DNA of 64,000 nucleotides from Terriglobia bacterium (GCA_965206645.1 CBDBKE010000002.1:1-64000), one strand, 5' to 3'; shown: positions 51,011 through 61,956, numbered from the stretch's first letter. Program-made: numbers and translations. The notes: a model not told the origin generated them from the letters alone.

Positions 51011-54000
51011 ATGTCTCGACGGGCAAAAATAGGCATCGGCGCCGGCCTGCTCACACTGGCCACGCTAGGCGCAGTGCTGTATCTGCGCAGCGCGCATTTC
51101 CACCGGTACGTGCAGGCCCGCATCGTAAGCCAGATCGAACGCGCCACGGGCGGCCGCGTCGAGCTGGGCAGTTGCCGGGTGAACTTCACTGATCTGCCGT
51201 GGCTTCCACCGCCGGAGAACACCCTTTTTCGCTCCTACCTCCCCGCCTTGCCTGCCTTGGAAGTGAAACTCCAGCGCCTGGTCATTCGGGGCCGGGAGAC
51301 GGACCCAAACCTCCCCCTATTTGTCGCTGATTCCATTTTCATCCGGCTGAAGATTGCTTCCCTGCTCTGGCGGAAAATTGACTGGCGCCTGCTCCGGCTC
51401 GCTCGTCCACGCATCCACCTGGAAGTGGATACTACCGGGCGCTCCAACATTCCAGGGCCTGAACGTCGGCAGGCCACGGCTAAGCCACTGGCGGACAAGG
51501 TCCTGGATCTGGCCATCAAGCACCTGGAAGTAACCGATGGCGAGCTTAGTTGGAACGACCAGCGCCTACCGCTGGAGTTTGCCGCCGAGAACCTGCTTGC
51601 AGACTTCGCATATGAAACGGGCACTGACCTCTACCACGGGCGCATCGCTTTCGCCACGGCACTTTGGGAATCCACCGATGCCAGCAGGGAGGGTGGCCCG
51701 CGCACGTTGGCGGGGCCTCCTTTGCAGGCACACGCGGAGTTGCGCCTGGGTCGCACCGGGATTCAAATTGTGCGGATGAGCTGGGAGACGCCTCGCTCCA
51801 CTTTGTCGCTCAGCGGCCACGTCTTCGCTTCCGCACAGCCGAAAATCCTGCTGAACTACGAAGCCGGCTTGGATGTCGCGGAGATCGCCGCCGTCAGCCG
51901 GGTCAGCGAGCTTCGTAGCGGCCGGCTAGGATTGAAAGGCAGGCTGAGCTACGACGCTACCGGACAGGGGCTTGACTCCTCCGCGGACCTGCGCCTGGAG
52001 CGGCTGGCCGTGGAATCGCCCCCATTCCGGCTGTCCCGAATCCACGGCACAGGCAGGGTGCGGGTCACGCGGGAATTCGTTGAGATTCCCGACCTCCGGC
52101 TGCTCCTGCTGGGAGGAGAACTGGCAGGCAATTTCCGCGCGGATCACCTGCAAGAGCAGCCAAAACTGATCCTGGATGCCCAAGCTCGCGGCCTCAGTGT
52201 TTCTGAGCTGATGCGCTCGCTCACCACCCCACAACGGCCGCTGTCCAAACTTCTGTGGGCCGGCGCGGTGGACGGCGACATCAATGCCCAGTTTCTGTTG
52301 GGCGGCAGTGACGCAACGCCGAACCTGGAGGTGGAATCGAAGTTCTTGGTACGGCCGCCAAGCGCAGCACCGCCAGGGGTGCTGCCCGTTTCCGGCCGGG
52401 GAGAGCTCGCCTATGTTTCGGGCGCCGGACAGTTGGCATTGCGCAACGTTTCCCTCGAAACTCCCGGCTCGCGTATTTCCGCCGAGAGCGTGTGGGCAAC
52501 CGGTCCAAACTCTGAGCACGACCTTCAACTGAACCTTTCCACCACCAGCTCTCGGGAATGGGCACCGCTGATTGCCGTCCGGCTGCCAGCGGAGGCGCCG
52601 ATGGCGCTTGAACTCCAAGGACGGGCGCAACTCCAGGGGACGCTTCGCGGTGCTGCGCTCACGCCCCGCCTGGAGGCGCGTCTGGAGGCGACGGATTTCC
52701 GCTACGGAAAGACGCACTGGACAGGGTTCACCACCAACCTAGCCTACTCCCCCAACTTGCTCCGATTGACCGAAGCGCAGTTGCGGCGGGGTGGCTCCGT
52801 TGTGAGACTGAACTTTACTGCCCAGCTCGCGGAGGGTGGATTCACCGAGGCCAGCATCTTCAACTTGGAGGCAGTGGCGGAAGACGCGGATCTGGCCGAC
52901 TTAGCCGGGCTGACGGGTACACCGTATCCGTTGACGGGACGAGTGTCCGCCACGCTCCGAGCCGAGGGGACCAAGCGCAACCCGCAAGGCAGCGCTTGGG
53001 TGCGGGTCACTAGCGGTACGCTGGCGGGCGAGCCGTTTGATGCCCTGCGGGGCAAGCTGAATTTCGCGCAGGGCGAACTGCGGATCGCTGATATCGAACT
53101 CACAAAAGGCTCGGCCAAGATTACCGGTGAAGCTGAGTATCGCCCAGCCGACGGCAGCTACCAGTTCCAGCTTGGCGGTGCAGGCCTGGCCCTGAACGAA
53201 ATCAGCCTGTTTCGATCCCCTCGCTTCGTCTTAGGCGGCCAAGTGGGATTCCGCGCTTCCGGGGCGGGCGTGCCGGAGCGGCCACGGCTCGAGGCGGCGG
53301 TCGAAGTCTCAGACCTGGAAGTGAATGGGGAACCCGTGGGCCAGCTGACAGCGTCAGCCGAGACGCGCGACGGCCGGCTCGAAGCGCGCCTGAAATCCCA
53401 GCTCGTCCGGAGCAACATCGCTGGAACCATGTCGGTTCAGCTGACCGGCGAATTCCCGGCCCAGGGGCGCGTGGAGTTGACCGGCGTGGACCTGGACCCC
53501 CTGTTCGAAAAGGCCTTCGGTGGTTATCCGACGTCGCACAGTACCACTACAGGCTGGATCAGCATCTCTGGGCCGCTGAAGAAACCGGAGTCGCTGCTGG
53601 TGGCCACCGAAATCCGCGAGCTCCAGGTTGCGCTTGAGCAAGTTGAACTGCGCAACAAAGGACCCCTACGTGCCCCCTTTCGGGACGGGCGAATCCAGAT
53701 TGAGCAGGCCCGCCTGGCGGGCACCCAGACCAACCTCTCTGTGGCAGGCTGGCTGCGTGTGACGGGGCCTCCGGCCACGCGTACCATTGAGCTCCGCGCC
53801 GACGGCGAAATGAACATGGCTCTTCTGCGTACCCTGAACCCGGAGCTGATCGGGTCTGGGAAGCTGCGGCTGGATGCGACAGCCACCGGGACGCTCCAGC
53901 GCCCCCTGCTGAAGGGGCGCGCCCAAATCTACAATGGCGGCATGGCGCTCAGGGGGTTTTCCACCGGTCTCAGCAAAATGGAAGGCTCACTGGCCTTCGA

Positions 54001-55033
54001 CATTCACAGAGTCCGCATCGAGAAGCTTACAGCCGAGGCTGGCGGCGGCAAGGTGCATCTGAGCGGTTTTATGGAATACGCCAACAGTCCGCCGGTGTTG
54101 CGCCTGCGAGCCGAGGCCGAAGGAGTTCGCGTGCGCCATCCCGAGGGCACCAGCTCGCTGCTCAATGCCAGCCTGAACCTGGACGGGACAGCGCAGCACA
54201 GCGTGCTGGCTGGTGAAGCGGTGGTAACCCGCGCGAGTTTTAATCCGCGCTTTGACCTGGCCAGATCCCTGGGACTCGTCCGGGCGCGCGGACCCACCCT
54301 CGTCACCACTCCCCTGCTCGACACGATGCAACTGGACGTCCGGGTGACCTCCTCCCCCAGTCTGCGCCTGGAACTGGCCTCGGCCCGCGACTTGCAGGTG
54401 CAGACCAACCTGCGACTGCGTGGAACCGTTGCCCGTCCCGCCATCGTTGGCCGGGTGGAACTGTTGCAGGGAGAGATCCTGTTTGCCGGAACCCGCTACA
54501 TCGTGAACCCCAGCGACATCAGCTTCGTCAACCCGTTCCGCATCGAGCCCGTAGTCAACCTGCACCTGCAGAGCCGCGCGCAACAGTTCGAGATTTTCGT
54601 CGCGCTTAACGAACCGCTCGACAGACTCAACATCACCTATCGCTCGGAGGCGCTGCTGATCACCGGCCGGGCGCGGGAGGGCGCCACCGTCACACAGCCG
54701 GCGCAATCATTCCCGACCCTCGCCACAAGTGCCATCCTGGAGCAGGCGCTCAACGCGGCAGTGGGCAGCCGCATCGAGCGCCTGTTCGGCGGGGGTCGCG
54801 TGAAGATTGCCCCGCACGTCGGGGGCCCAGAAACCAGCCCGGGAGCTCAACTCACCGTGGAGCAGCAGGTGACGCCCGACGTCAGGCTCACCTACGTCAC
54901 CAACCTGACTTCCACCCAGCAGCAGGTGGTTCAATTGGAGTGGACGATCAACCGGCGCTGGTCGTTGAACGCGGTCCGCGACCGCAACGGACTGTTCGGC
55001 GTCGACTTCAAGTGGCGAAAGCAGTTTCGCTGA
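51011..55033 (+). CDS. tamB: Translocation/assembly module TamB (AsmA-like)
   Basis: N-terminal anchor, beta-taco repeats, DUF490-like C-terminus (LTVEQQV...GVDFKWRKQFR). Confidence 0.85.
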   Translation: MSRRAKIGIGAGLLTLATLGAVLYLRSAHFHRYVQARIVSQIERATGGRVELGSCRVNFTDLPWLPPPENTLFRSYLPALPALEVKLQRLVIRGRETDPNLPLFVADSIFIRLKIASLLWRKIDWRLLRLARPRIHLEVDTTGRSNIPGPERRQATAKPLADKVLDLAIKHLEVTDGELSWNDQRLPLEFAAENLLADFAYETGTDLYHGRIAFATALWESTDASREGGPRTLAGPPLQAHAELRLGRTGIQIVRMSWETPRSTLSLSGHVFASAQPKILLNYEAGLDVAEIAAVSRVSELRSGRLGLKGRLSYDATGQGLDSSADLRLERLAVESPPFRLSRIHGTGRVRVTREFVEIPDLRLLLLGGELAGNFRADHLQEQPKLILDAQARGLSVSELMRSLTTPQRPLSKLLWAGAVDGDINAQFLLGGSDATPNLEVESKFLVRPPSAAPPGVLPVSGRGELAYVSGAGQLALRNVSLETPGSRISAESVWATGPNSEHDLQLNLSTTSSREWAPLIAVRLPAEAPMALELQGRAQLQGTLRGAALTPRLEARLEATDFRYGKTHWTGFTTNLAYSPNLLRLTEAQLRRGGSVVRLNFTAQLAEGGFTEASIFNLEAVAEDADLADLAGLTGTPYPLTGRVSATLRAEGTKRNPQGSAWVRVTSGTLAGEPFDALRGKLNFAQGELRIADIELTKGSAKITGEAEYRPADGSYQFQLGGAGLALNEISLFRSPRFVLGGQVGFRASGAGVPERPRLEAAVEVSDLEVNGEPVGQLTASAETRDGRLEARLKSQLVRSNIAGTMSVQLTGEFPAQGRVELTGVDLDPLFEKAFGGYPTSHSTTTGWISISGPLKKPESLLVATEIRELQVALEQVELRNKGPLRAPFRDGRIQIEQARLAGTQTNLSVAGWLRVTGPPATRTIELRADGEMNMALLRTLNPELIGSGKLRLDATATGTLQRPLLKGRAQIYNGGMALRGFSTGLSKMEGSLAFDIHRVRIEKLTAEAGGGKVHLSGFMEYANSPPVLRLRAEAEGVRVRHPEGTSSLLNASLNLDGTAQHSVLAGEAVVTRASFNPRFDLARSLGLVRARGPTLVTTPLLDTMQLDVRVTSSPSLRLELASARDLQVQTNLRLRGTVARPAIVGRVELLQGEILFAGTRYIVNPSDISFVNPFRIEPVVNLHLQSRAQQFEIFVALNEPLDRLNITYRSEALLITGRAREGATVTQPAQSFPTLATSAILEQALNAAVGSRIERLFGGGRVKIAPHVGGPETSPGAQLTVEQQVTPDVRLTYVTNLTSTQQQVVQLEWTINRRWSLNAVRDRNGLFGVDFKWRKQFR

Positions 55034-55040
55034 TACGCTT

Positions 55041-55745
55041 GTGTGGTTCAGAAACAACGGCGCGTCCAAAGGCGAAGCCGAGTATGCGCAGCGGCGGGCC
55101 CGAATGGTGGAGCGTCAGCTCCGCGGGCGCGGGATCCGCGACCCGCGAGTGCTGGAGTCTATGCGGGCAGTGCCACGGCATGAATTCATCTTCCCCGAGT
55201 ATCGCGTGCACGCCTACGAAGACCGGCCTGTCTCCATTGGGGTCGGCCAGACGGTCTCGCAGCCCTACATGGTAGCCGTCATGACCGAAGCACTGGAATT
55301 GCGTGGTTCCGAGAAAGTACTGGAAGTGGGCACCGGCTCCGGCTACCAGGCCGCGGTGCTGGCGACACTGGCCGCGCGCGTCTATACCATCGAGCGGGAG
55401 CAGGAGTTGCAGGAAAGTGCGCGCCGCACCCTGGAGCGCCTGCGAGCCGCCGGCTTTGCCGCTGCCGAACGCATCGAGTTCCTCGCGGGAGACGGCAGCG
55501 AAGGCTACGCGCCCGCGGCGCCCTACGACGGTATCCTGGTGGCAGCCGGCGCGCCCGCCGTGCCGACCAACTTGGAGCAGCAACTGGCCGAAGGGGGCCG
55601 CTTGGTGATCCCGGTGGGGGACCGCCACACCCAGATCCTCCGCCTGCTGCGCAAGACTTCCGGGCAACTGACCGGGCGCGCCATTAACGAATGCCGCTTC
55701 GTTCCTCTGGTCGGGAAACAGGCTTGGCCTGAGGAATGGCCCTGA
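55041..55745 (+). CDS. pcm: Protein-L-isoaspartate O-methyltransferase
   Basis: VPRHEF, GQTVSQPYMVA.M, VLEVGTGSGYQAA, APYD.I.V. Confidence 0.95.
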   Translation: MWFRNNGASKGEAEYAQRRARMVERQLRGRGIRDPRVLESMRAVPRHEFIFPEYRVHAYEDRPVSIGVGQTVSQPYMVAVMTEALELRGSEKVLEVGTGSGYQAAVLATLAARVYTIEREQELQESARRTLERLRAAGFAAAERIEFLAGDGSEGYAPAAPYDGILVAAGAPAVPTNLEQQLAEGGRLVIPVGDRHTQILRLLRKTSGQLTGRAINECRFVPLVGKQAWPEEWP

Positions 55746-55846
55746 GTGATGGCCCTAAGTAATGGCTAGGTTGCTGGCGAGCGGCAAGAAGGACTGGACA
55801 GGCGCCATCCCGAACTCTGATACCAGCTACACAAATCTGATACCTG

Positions 55847-56698
55847 CTACACCGAGGCGAAGCCTTGCTGGCTGAAGACGATCTTGTCCGGAGGGAAGTG
55901 GCGTGACAGCGCCTCCAGCAAGCCTAGATGAGCGTCAGGGGTAAACCAGTCAGCGTAGCCGAGCCGCGCCAACAGCTCGTCTACGCCCAGGCGGGCGGTA
56001 CGGCGGCCGCCGCTGCCATCGCCGGCAAAGAAGGTGTCCACCAGCACCCGGGTGACCCGGCCTGCCAGCAGGGCCGCAAGGCGGGCAGGATCACAGGGCA
56101 GCACCGGCGCCACTGCCGCCTGCACCCGCAATCCGGCCCGCGTCAATCGCTCCAGCGTGTTCAGCCGCCGCTCGACCGAAGGGCTCAACGGCGTCAGCTC
56201 CTGGCGGACTCGCTCGTCGTCGGTCTCCAGTGTGAAGGAAACCCAGAGCTGATCGCGGAGGCGCCCCAGCAGGTCCAGGTCCCGTTCCACCAGCGGGGAG
56301 CGAGTCTGCAGCAGCACCACCTCAAAGGCCACCGGCATCTCTACCAGCACTTCCAGCAGCCCGCGTGTCAGGCGCAGGCGCGCTTCGGCCCCCTGGTAGG
56401 GATCGGTACTGGAAGAAAAGAAAATGCGGGGCCGTATGCCGCGGGCGTTGAGACGGGACAGCTCCCGGCGAAGCAGCTCAGCAGCGTTCGTCTTGGCCAG
56501 CACCCAGTCGCCCCAGTCGCGCCCACCTCCGGCCTGTGCTACCGGCAGAGCGCGCACGTAGCAGAACGGGCAACTGCCGCGGGCGCCGAAGGCACAACCC
56601 ACATAAGGATTCAACGAGTGCGTGTAGCCGGCCAGGAACCCCTTGTGTTGGGCCGTCAGAATGCCGCGGGCGCGGATTTCGGTGAGCTGGGCAGCCAT
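55847..56698 (-). CDS. Radical SAM protein, spore photoproduct lyase-like (Rv2578c/SplB group)
   Basis: LNPYVGCAFGARGSCPFCYV (cluster motif with a lengthened spacer), SSSTDPYQ, TRSPLVERD. Confidence 0.85.
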   Translation of the reverse strand: MAAQLTEIRARGILTAQHKGFLAGYTHSLNPYVGCAFGARGSCPFCYVRALPVAQAGGGRDWGDWVLAKTNAAELLRRELSRLNARGIRPRIFFSSSTDPYQGAEARLRLTRGLLEVLVEMPVAFEVVLLQTRSPLVERDLDLLGRLRDQLWVSFTLETDDERVRQELTPLSPSVERRLNTLERLTRAGLRVQAAVAPVLPCDPARLAALLAGRVTRVLVDTFFAGDGSGGRRTARLGVDELLARLGYADWFTPDAHLGLLEALSRHFPPDKIVFSQQGFASV

Positions 56699-56928
56699 GG
56701 AGTTGCTCAGTCAACTATACCGCGACCATACCGTGACTGTACCGCAAACAGGCCCACGTTGGTGATTCCTTACGCTGCGCAGGACAACTCTTGGGATGGT
56801 GCAGACAACAGGCACTGCCGGGCCATTTCTCGGCGCGACGGAGTTGGGATTTTGTTCGACAGGCGCGACTAATTTTTCTATGCTGATAGTGATAGGCGGA
56901 GACGCCTGTCACTGCGTTGCGACTCCCA

Positions 56929-57720
56929 ATGGGCACCTACTACCGCACCACCTCTTCCATGGGCTTCGGCGGGTTCCCCATGACGCCGGCCGTAAAGCTC
57001 CTGCTGATCGTCAATGCCGTGCTGTTTGTGATCCCGGCCCTGCTGGGCATTAACCCAAACCGCCTGTGGCTCTTGCTGGTACCCGGGCAGGCGGTGCGGG
57101 GAATGATCTGGCAGCCTTTCACCTACATGTTCTTCCACGGGGATCTTTGGCATTTCCTATTCAACATGCTCTTCCTGTGGATGTTCGGAACAGCGGTGGA
57201 GCAGACCTGGGGGACGCGCCGCTTCACACGCTACTACCTGGCCTGCGGAGTGGCCGCGGGAGTGGCAGTGGTGCTGGCGGGTCTGATGGAGGGGACACGA
57301 CAGGCGCTTTACACAGCTACCGTCGGCTCCTCCGGCGCCATTTATGGTCTCATCCTGGCCTTTGGCCTGCTATTTCCCGACGCGCCTATCTGGTTTATGT
57401 TCTTCTTCCGCATGCCCGCCAAGTACTTCGTCATCCTGCTGGCATGCATCGAATTCTTCTTGCAGCGCACGCAACCCGGGAGCACCATCAGCCACATCGC
57501 CCACCTGGGAGGCATGGCCTACGGCTTTGTTTACATCAAGTACTTCCTGAGGGGCCGGGCGTTGAGCTATGCCTCCCGCCGCCCTTCCCGTACCTCGCGC
57601 CTCGACCTGAAGGGCGCTTATCAACGCTGGAGGCTGCGCCGCGCCCGGAGAAAGTTCGAAGTTTACATGCGCCAAGCCGAGCGCGAAGACCCCCCCGATA
57701 AAGATCACTGGATAAACTAG
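56929..57720 (+). CDS. Rhomboid intramembrane serine protease
   Basis: WQPFTYMFFH, HFLFNM, GSSGA, HIAHLGG. Confidence 0.93.
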   Translation: MGTYYRTTSSMGFGGFPMTPAVKLLLIVNAVLFVIPALLGINPNRLWLLLVPGQAVRGMIWQPFTYMFFHGDLWHFLFNMLFLWMFGTAVEQTWGTRRFTRYYLACGVAAGVAVVLAGLMEGTRQALYTATVGSSGAIYGLILAFGLLFPDAPIWFMFFFRMPAKYFVILLACIEFFLQRTQPGSTISHIAHLGGMAYGFVYIKYFLRGRALSYASRRPSRTSRLDLKGAYQRWRLRRARRKFEVYMRQAEREDPPDKDHWIN

Positions 57721-57789
57721 CCGGGTGCCAGGCTGCCAAGTGGCGGAGTGCTACCCGACGGCCGACTCCGAACACCTCAAAGCTGCTTA

Positions 57790-58728
57790 TCAGTGAAGAT
57801 GAGGGTGGCTTCGGGCGCCGATGGGGATTCGGCACCCCTTTGCCGCCTCGCAGGGGACGTGCTCAAGCTGCACTGTCGTATGGCGGATGCAGAACTGCTG
57901 TTCCAGAACGGAATTCACCTGGCCCAAAATTGCCTCGCTCTCGAGGAGCGGAATGTCGGGGATGCAAACATGGCAGCTCAAAGCCTGAGCCTTGGCACCC
58001 AGGCTCCAGATGTGCAGATCGTGCACGTCCTCGACTCCCGGCACCCCGCGGATGGCTGTGGCCACCTGCTCCAGCTCGATCCCGCGAGGCAGTCCCTCCA
58101 GCAAGATGTTCAATGATTCGGTGACGATGTCCCAGGCGGTCCATACGATCAGTCCAGCAATCAGGATGCCGAGAAGCGGGTCGGCGGCACGCAGGCCGGT
58201 GGCGGCGATCACTACGGCGACCAACACGATACCGAGGGCAGTCAGGGTATCCGCCCACGTGTGGATCAACACGCTGCGCGGAGCGCGCTGGCTTTGGGAG
58301 TCGCGGCGAAGCGCCGAGGAGATAAACCAGTGCATCAGCACGCCCGCCGTCCCCATCGCCATCATCACCGTGGTGTTCGGGGTATTGGCCTCCGCAGGCA
58401 GCACGAACAGCCGGCGATACCCCTCGTAGAAGAGAAACCCCACCAGCCCGATCAGGGAAAGCGCGGCGACGAACGCGGCGAGCACACTGGCTCGCTGGTA
58501 GCCATAGGTTTTCCTTTCGCTAGGCGCTTTGGCCTGTACATGCCAGGCAAACCAGGTGCCCAGCAAAACCAGGGCGTCAGAAAAGTTGTGCCAGGCGTCG
58601 ATCACCAACGCCAGGCTGCGAGCCCAGTACCCAGCCGCCAGCTCCACCCCGAAAAACGCCAGCGTAGACAGGGTGGCCATCTTCAACACCCACCCGGGAG
58701 CATGCGCTCCGCGCTCGTGCGCCGGCAT
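57790..58728 (-). CDS. Cation diffusion facilitator (CzcD-like)
   Basis: SLAL..DAWHNFSD, TYGY.R, H..AD, HDLHIW, HTTVQ.E. Confidence 0.93.
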   Translation of the reverse strand: MPAHERGAHAPGWVLKMATLSTLAFFGVELAAGYWARSLALVIDAWHNFSDALVLLGTWFAWHVQAKAPSERKTYGYQRASVLAAFVAALSLIGLVGFLFYEGYRRLFVLPAEANTPNTTVMMAMGTAGVLMHWFISSALRRDSQSQRAPRSVLIHTWADTLTALGIVLVAVVIAATGLRAADPLLGILIAGLIVWTAWDIVTESLNILLEGLPRGIELEQVATAIRGVPGVEDVHDLHIWSLGAKAQALSCHVCIPDIPLLESEAILGQVNSVLEQQFCIRHTTVQLEHVPCEAAKGCRIPIGARSHPHLH

Positions 58729-58738
58729 GGAACCCAGT

Positions 58739-59254
58739 TTAGCGCAGCCGGGACCGGCCCTGCTCCAGCTGGAGGAGAAATTGTTTTACTCGAAGTCCGC
58801 TCGCATACCCACCAAGACCGCCATCCGCAGCTATGACACGATGGCAGGGCACCAGAATCGCAACTGGATTCTGGTGATTGGCCATGCCCACCGCCCGGAA
58901 AGCGCGCGGGCGGCGGATCTGGCTCGCGATGTCGGCGTAGGATCGCGTTTCGCCGTAAGGAATCATTCGCAGCGCCTCCCAGACCTTCCGCTGAAAAGGT
59001 GTGCCCCGCAGGTCGTGCCGCACCGTGAACTTTCGACGACGTCCAGCGAAATACTCGGCAAGCTGCGTCTCAACCCGTTGGGTCTTTTTTCTCGAGCGGA
59101 CCCACTGAAGGCGGGGCTGCCGGTTGCCGTCGAGACTGCTTGGCTTGGAAGAGAATCTTCGGCCAGCTGCAACCTGCAGCACCCCACGTTCCGAGCAGCA
59201 GATGGTGAGCCGCCCCACCGGAGAGTCCATGGTGGAGTAGTAGACAGTTTCCAT
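58739..59254 (-). CDS. ogt: Methylated-DNA-protein-cysteine methyltransferase
   Basis: GTPFQRKVW..L..IPYGETRSY, RAVG.A...NP, VPCHRV. Confidence 0.93.
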   Translation of the reverse strand: METVYYSTMDSPVGRLTICCSERGVLQVAAGRRFSSKPSSLDGNRQPRLQWVRSRKKTQRVETQLAEYFAGRRRKFTVRHDLRGTPFQRKVWEALRMIPYGETRSYADIASQIRRPRAFRAVGMANHQNPVAILVPCHRVIAADGGLGGYASGLRVKQFLLQLEQGRSRLR

Positions 59255-59324
59255 GCGGGCAAATCTATCACGCACCAGGGTCGCCTGGCGACCTGTAGAG
59301 AACGGGCCTGTATATAATGGCTCT

Positions 59325-60692
59325 GTGGCAGCCGAAATTCCGGAAATTGTCATTTTGGGCGGAGGGCTGGCTGGCTCTGAGGCCGCCTGGCAATTGGCCG
59401 CGCAGGGACTCCCCTGCACGCTGTACGAGATGCGCCCGACGGACGAGAGTTCGGGCGCGTCTACCAAGCAGACAGCCGCGCACAAAACCGGCTACTTGGC
59501 CGAACTGGTCTGCAGCAACTCGCTCAAGAGTGAGCAGCCCAATTCCGCGCCCTGGCTGCTGAAAGAAGAACTGCGCCGCCTGGATTCGCTGGTGTTGCGC
59601 ATCGCCGCCCAGGTGGCTGTGCCGGCCGGCCACGCCCTGGCGGTGGATCGCGAGCAGTTCGCCGCTCGAGTCACCGCCGCCATCGAGTCGCAGCCGCTGG
59701 TGACGATCCGTCGTGAGGAGATCCGTGAGATTCCAGCCTCCGGCCTCGTCATTGTCGCCACCGGACCGTTGACCAGCGATAGGCTAGTCGCTTCCATCCA
59801 GCGCCTGACCGGCAGCAAGCACCTCTTTTTCTACGACGCCATCAGCCCCATCGTGGACGCTGATTCGCTGGACTACACCAAGCTCTTCCCCGGCTCCCGC
59901 TACGGCAAAGGTGGCGAAGACTACTGGAACTGCCCACTGAGTCGGGAAGAATATGACCGCTTTTACGAAGCGCTTCTAGCTGCGGAGTCCTACCCGCTGC
60001 ATGAATTCGAGCAGACCTGTTACTTTGAAGCCTGTCTGCCGCTGGAAGAGCTGGCCCGGCGCGGCCGCGACACGCTTCGCTTTGGGCCGATGAAGCCCGT
60101 TGGGCTGCGCGACCCGCGCACCGGACGCGCGCCTCATGCGGTGGTCCAATTGCGACGAGAGAACCTTCGGGCCGACAGCTTTAACCTGGTCGGCTTCCAG
60201 AACCACCTGCGCTTCGGCGAGCAGACGCGAGTCCTGCGGCTGATCCCGGGGCTGGAAAGTGCCGTCTTCCTGCGCTATGGGCAGGTTCATCGCAACACCT
60301 ATATCAATGCGCCCGCCTTGCTGGACCAGACGCTGGCGCTGCGCACACACACCCACATCTTCTTCGCCGGCCAGATCTGTGGGGTGGAGGGCTACGTGGA
60401 ATCGGTCGCGACGGGCCTGGTGGCAGCCTGGCAGGCCGCAATCCGTGCCCGGGGGGAGGAGCCGGTCCCGCTGCCGCGCGAGACAGCGCTGGGCTCACTG
60501 TGCCTCTACGTCAGCCACGCCAACCCGCACCACTACCAGCCCGCCAACATCACCTTTGACCTGCTTCCCCCACCGCAAGGGCTTTCCCCAGCGGAACGCA
60601 AAGACAGACAGCGGCGGCGCGCTCATCAATGTCAGCGCGCGTTGGACGCGCTGGAGCAGTGGAAGCTCCGCCATACCGTGCTTTCCCTGTAA
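59325..60692 (+). CDS. trmFO: Folate-dependent tRNA U54 methyltransferase
   Basis: GGGLAGSEAAWQ, ELVCSNS, FYDAISP, GPMKPVGL, GQI.GVEGYVES. Confidence 0.97.
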   Translation: MAAEIPEIVILGGGLAGSEAAWQLAAQGLPCTLYEMRPTDESSGASTKQTAAHKTGYLAELVCSNSLKSEQPNSAPWLLKEELRRLDSLVLRIAAQVAVPAGHALAVDREQFAARVTAAIESQPLVTIRREEIREIPASGLVIVATGPLTSDRLVASIQRLTGSKHLFFYDAISPIVDADSLDYTKLFPGSRYGKGGEDYWNCPLSREEYDRFYEALLAAESYPLHEFEQTCYFEACLPLEELARRGRDTLRFGPMKPVGLRDPRTGRAPHAVVQLRRENLRADSFNLVGFQNHLRFGEQTRVLRLIPGLESAVFLRYGQVHRNTYINAPALLDQTLALRTHTHIFFAGQICGVEGYVESVATGLVAAWQAAIRARGEEPVPLPRETALGSLCLYVSHANPHHYQPANITFDLLPPPQGLSPAERKDRQRRRAHQCQRALDALEQWKLRHTVLSL

Positions 60693-60740
60693 CCTCGACG
60701 CCGTTCTTTGGGAGCCTCCAGATGATTCTCCGCTACTGTA

Positions 60741-61697
60741 TTGCTTGTGGACTTTGCTTCGGTGGCCGCGCAATACCTGGAGTACCTGCGCGTGGAGCGT
60801 AACTGCTCGGCACACACCTTGCGCAATTACGGCAGTGACCTGGAGCAGTTCGGCGCCTTCCTGCGAGCGCAACCTGACGGTGAGCCGCCGCTGGAGGCGC
60901 TGACCCATCTGGACATTCGCTCGTTCCTGGGCGAGCTATACGTCGGCCGGCTAAAATCGGCTTCCATTGCCCGCAAGCTAGCGGCGCTCCGCTCGTTGTT
61001 CCGCTTCCTGGGCCGTGAGGGCCTGCTACGCGACAACCCAGCACGTCTGGTCTCCTCTCCCAAGTTGCCCAAGACCCTGCCAATTGTGCCAACCGCAGAG
61101 GAAGTGAACCGTCTCCTGGACGCGATGGCCAAGGGCAAGGGCGCAACGGCAGCCCGTCGGGTCCGGCCCCCGAAATCCCCACTGCAGCCGGCGCGCGACC
61201 TCGCCCTGCTGGAGATGCTTTATGGCTGCGGCCTCCGTGTGGGCGAGCTGGTGGGGCTAAACGTGGCGGACCTGGATCTGCGCGACGGATTGGTCCGCGT
61301 GCGTGGCAAAGGAAAGAAGGAGAGGCTAGGGCCTCTGGGTAGCAAGGCTGTTGCCGCCCTGGAGCAGTACCTGGCAGCGCGCACTTCCGCGGTCCCGGCC
61401 GGGGGAAGCGGCGACAGCCAGCCAGCCCTGTTCCTGAACCAAACCGGCAGCCGGCTTACAGCTCGTTCTGTCGGGCGTATTGTGAAGCGCTATGCGCTGC
61501 TGCTCGGCAGCGATACCGGCCTGCATCCCCACTCCTTCCGCCACGCTTTCGCCACGCACCTGCTCAGCGACGGCGCCGACCTGCGCGCCATTCAGGAATT
61601 GCTGGGGCACGCCCGCCTGTCCACCACCCAGAAGTACACACACACCAACATCAAGCAGCTGATGGAAGTCTACGACCGTACCCATCCCAAGGCTTGA
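60741..61697 (+). CDS. xerC: Tyrosine recombinase XerC
   Basis: RD.ALLE.LYGCGLRV.EL, GKG.KER, HPHSFRHAFATHLL..GADLR.IQELLGH..LSTTQ.Y; follows trmFO. Confidence 0.9.
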   Translation: MLVDFASVAAQYLEYLRVERNCSAHTLRNYGSDLEQFGAFLRAQPDGEPPLEALTHLDIRSFLGELYVGRLKSASIARKLAALRSLFRFLGREGLLRDNPARLVSSPKLPKTLPIVPTAEEVNRLLDAMAKGKGATAARRVRPPKSPLQPARDLALLEMLYGCGLRVGELVGLNVADLDLRDGLVRVRGKGKKERLGPLGSKAVAALEQYLAARTSAVPAGGSGDSQPALFLNQTGSRLTARSVGRIVKRYALLLGSDTGLHPHSFRHAFATHLLSDGADLRAIQELLGHARLSTTQKYTHTNIKQLMEVYDRTHPKA

Positions 61698-61956
61698 GGT
61701 TCCGTTCTACAACAAAGCTCTTCAAGACAACTTCTGGGACGTGCCTCACTTTCGATTTGTACATGGAGTGTGATCCGCCGGCAAAGTGCCGGTCCCAGAC
61801 CGAGACGGCATCAGCAGAAAATCGGGTGATATACTGGCCTGGGGACGTGGTCGGGGGCTTGATTCGCGGTGTTGGCGCCGGTGTTTTTACTGCCTCTTGA
61901 TGCAGCGAGGCAGTTTCTCTAACGCCGCAGACTCATCGAGCAACTTCACAAGGAAA

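Noticed and set aside
60741-61697. xerC as the integrase of a mobile element
   Set aside because: Canonical XerC motifs in a housekeeping trmFO-xerC context with no mobile neighbours.
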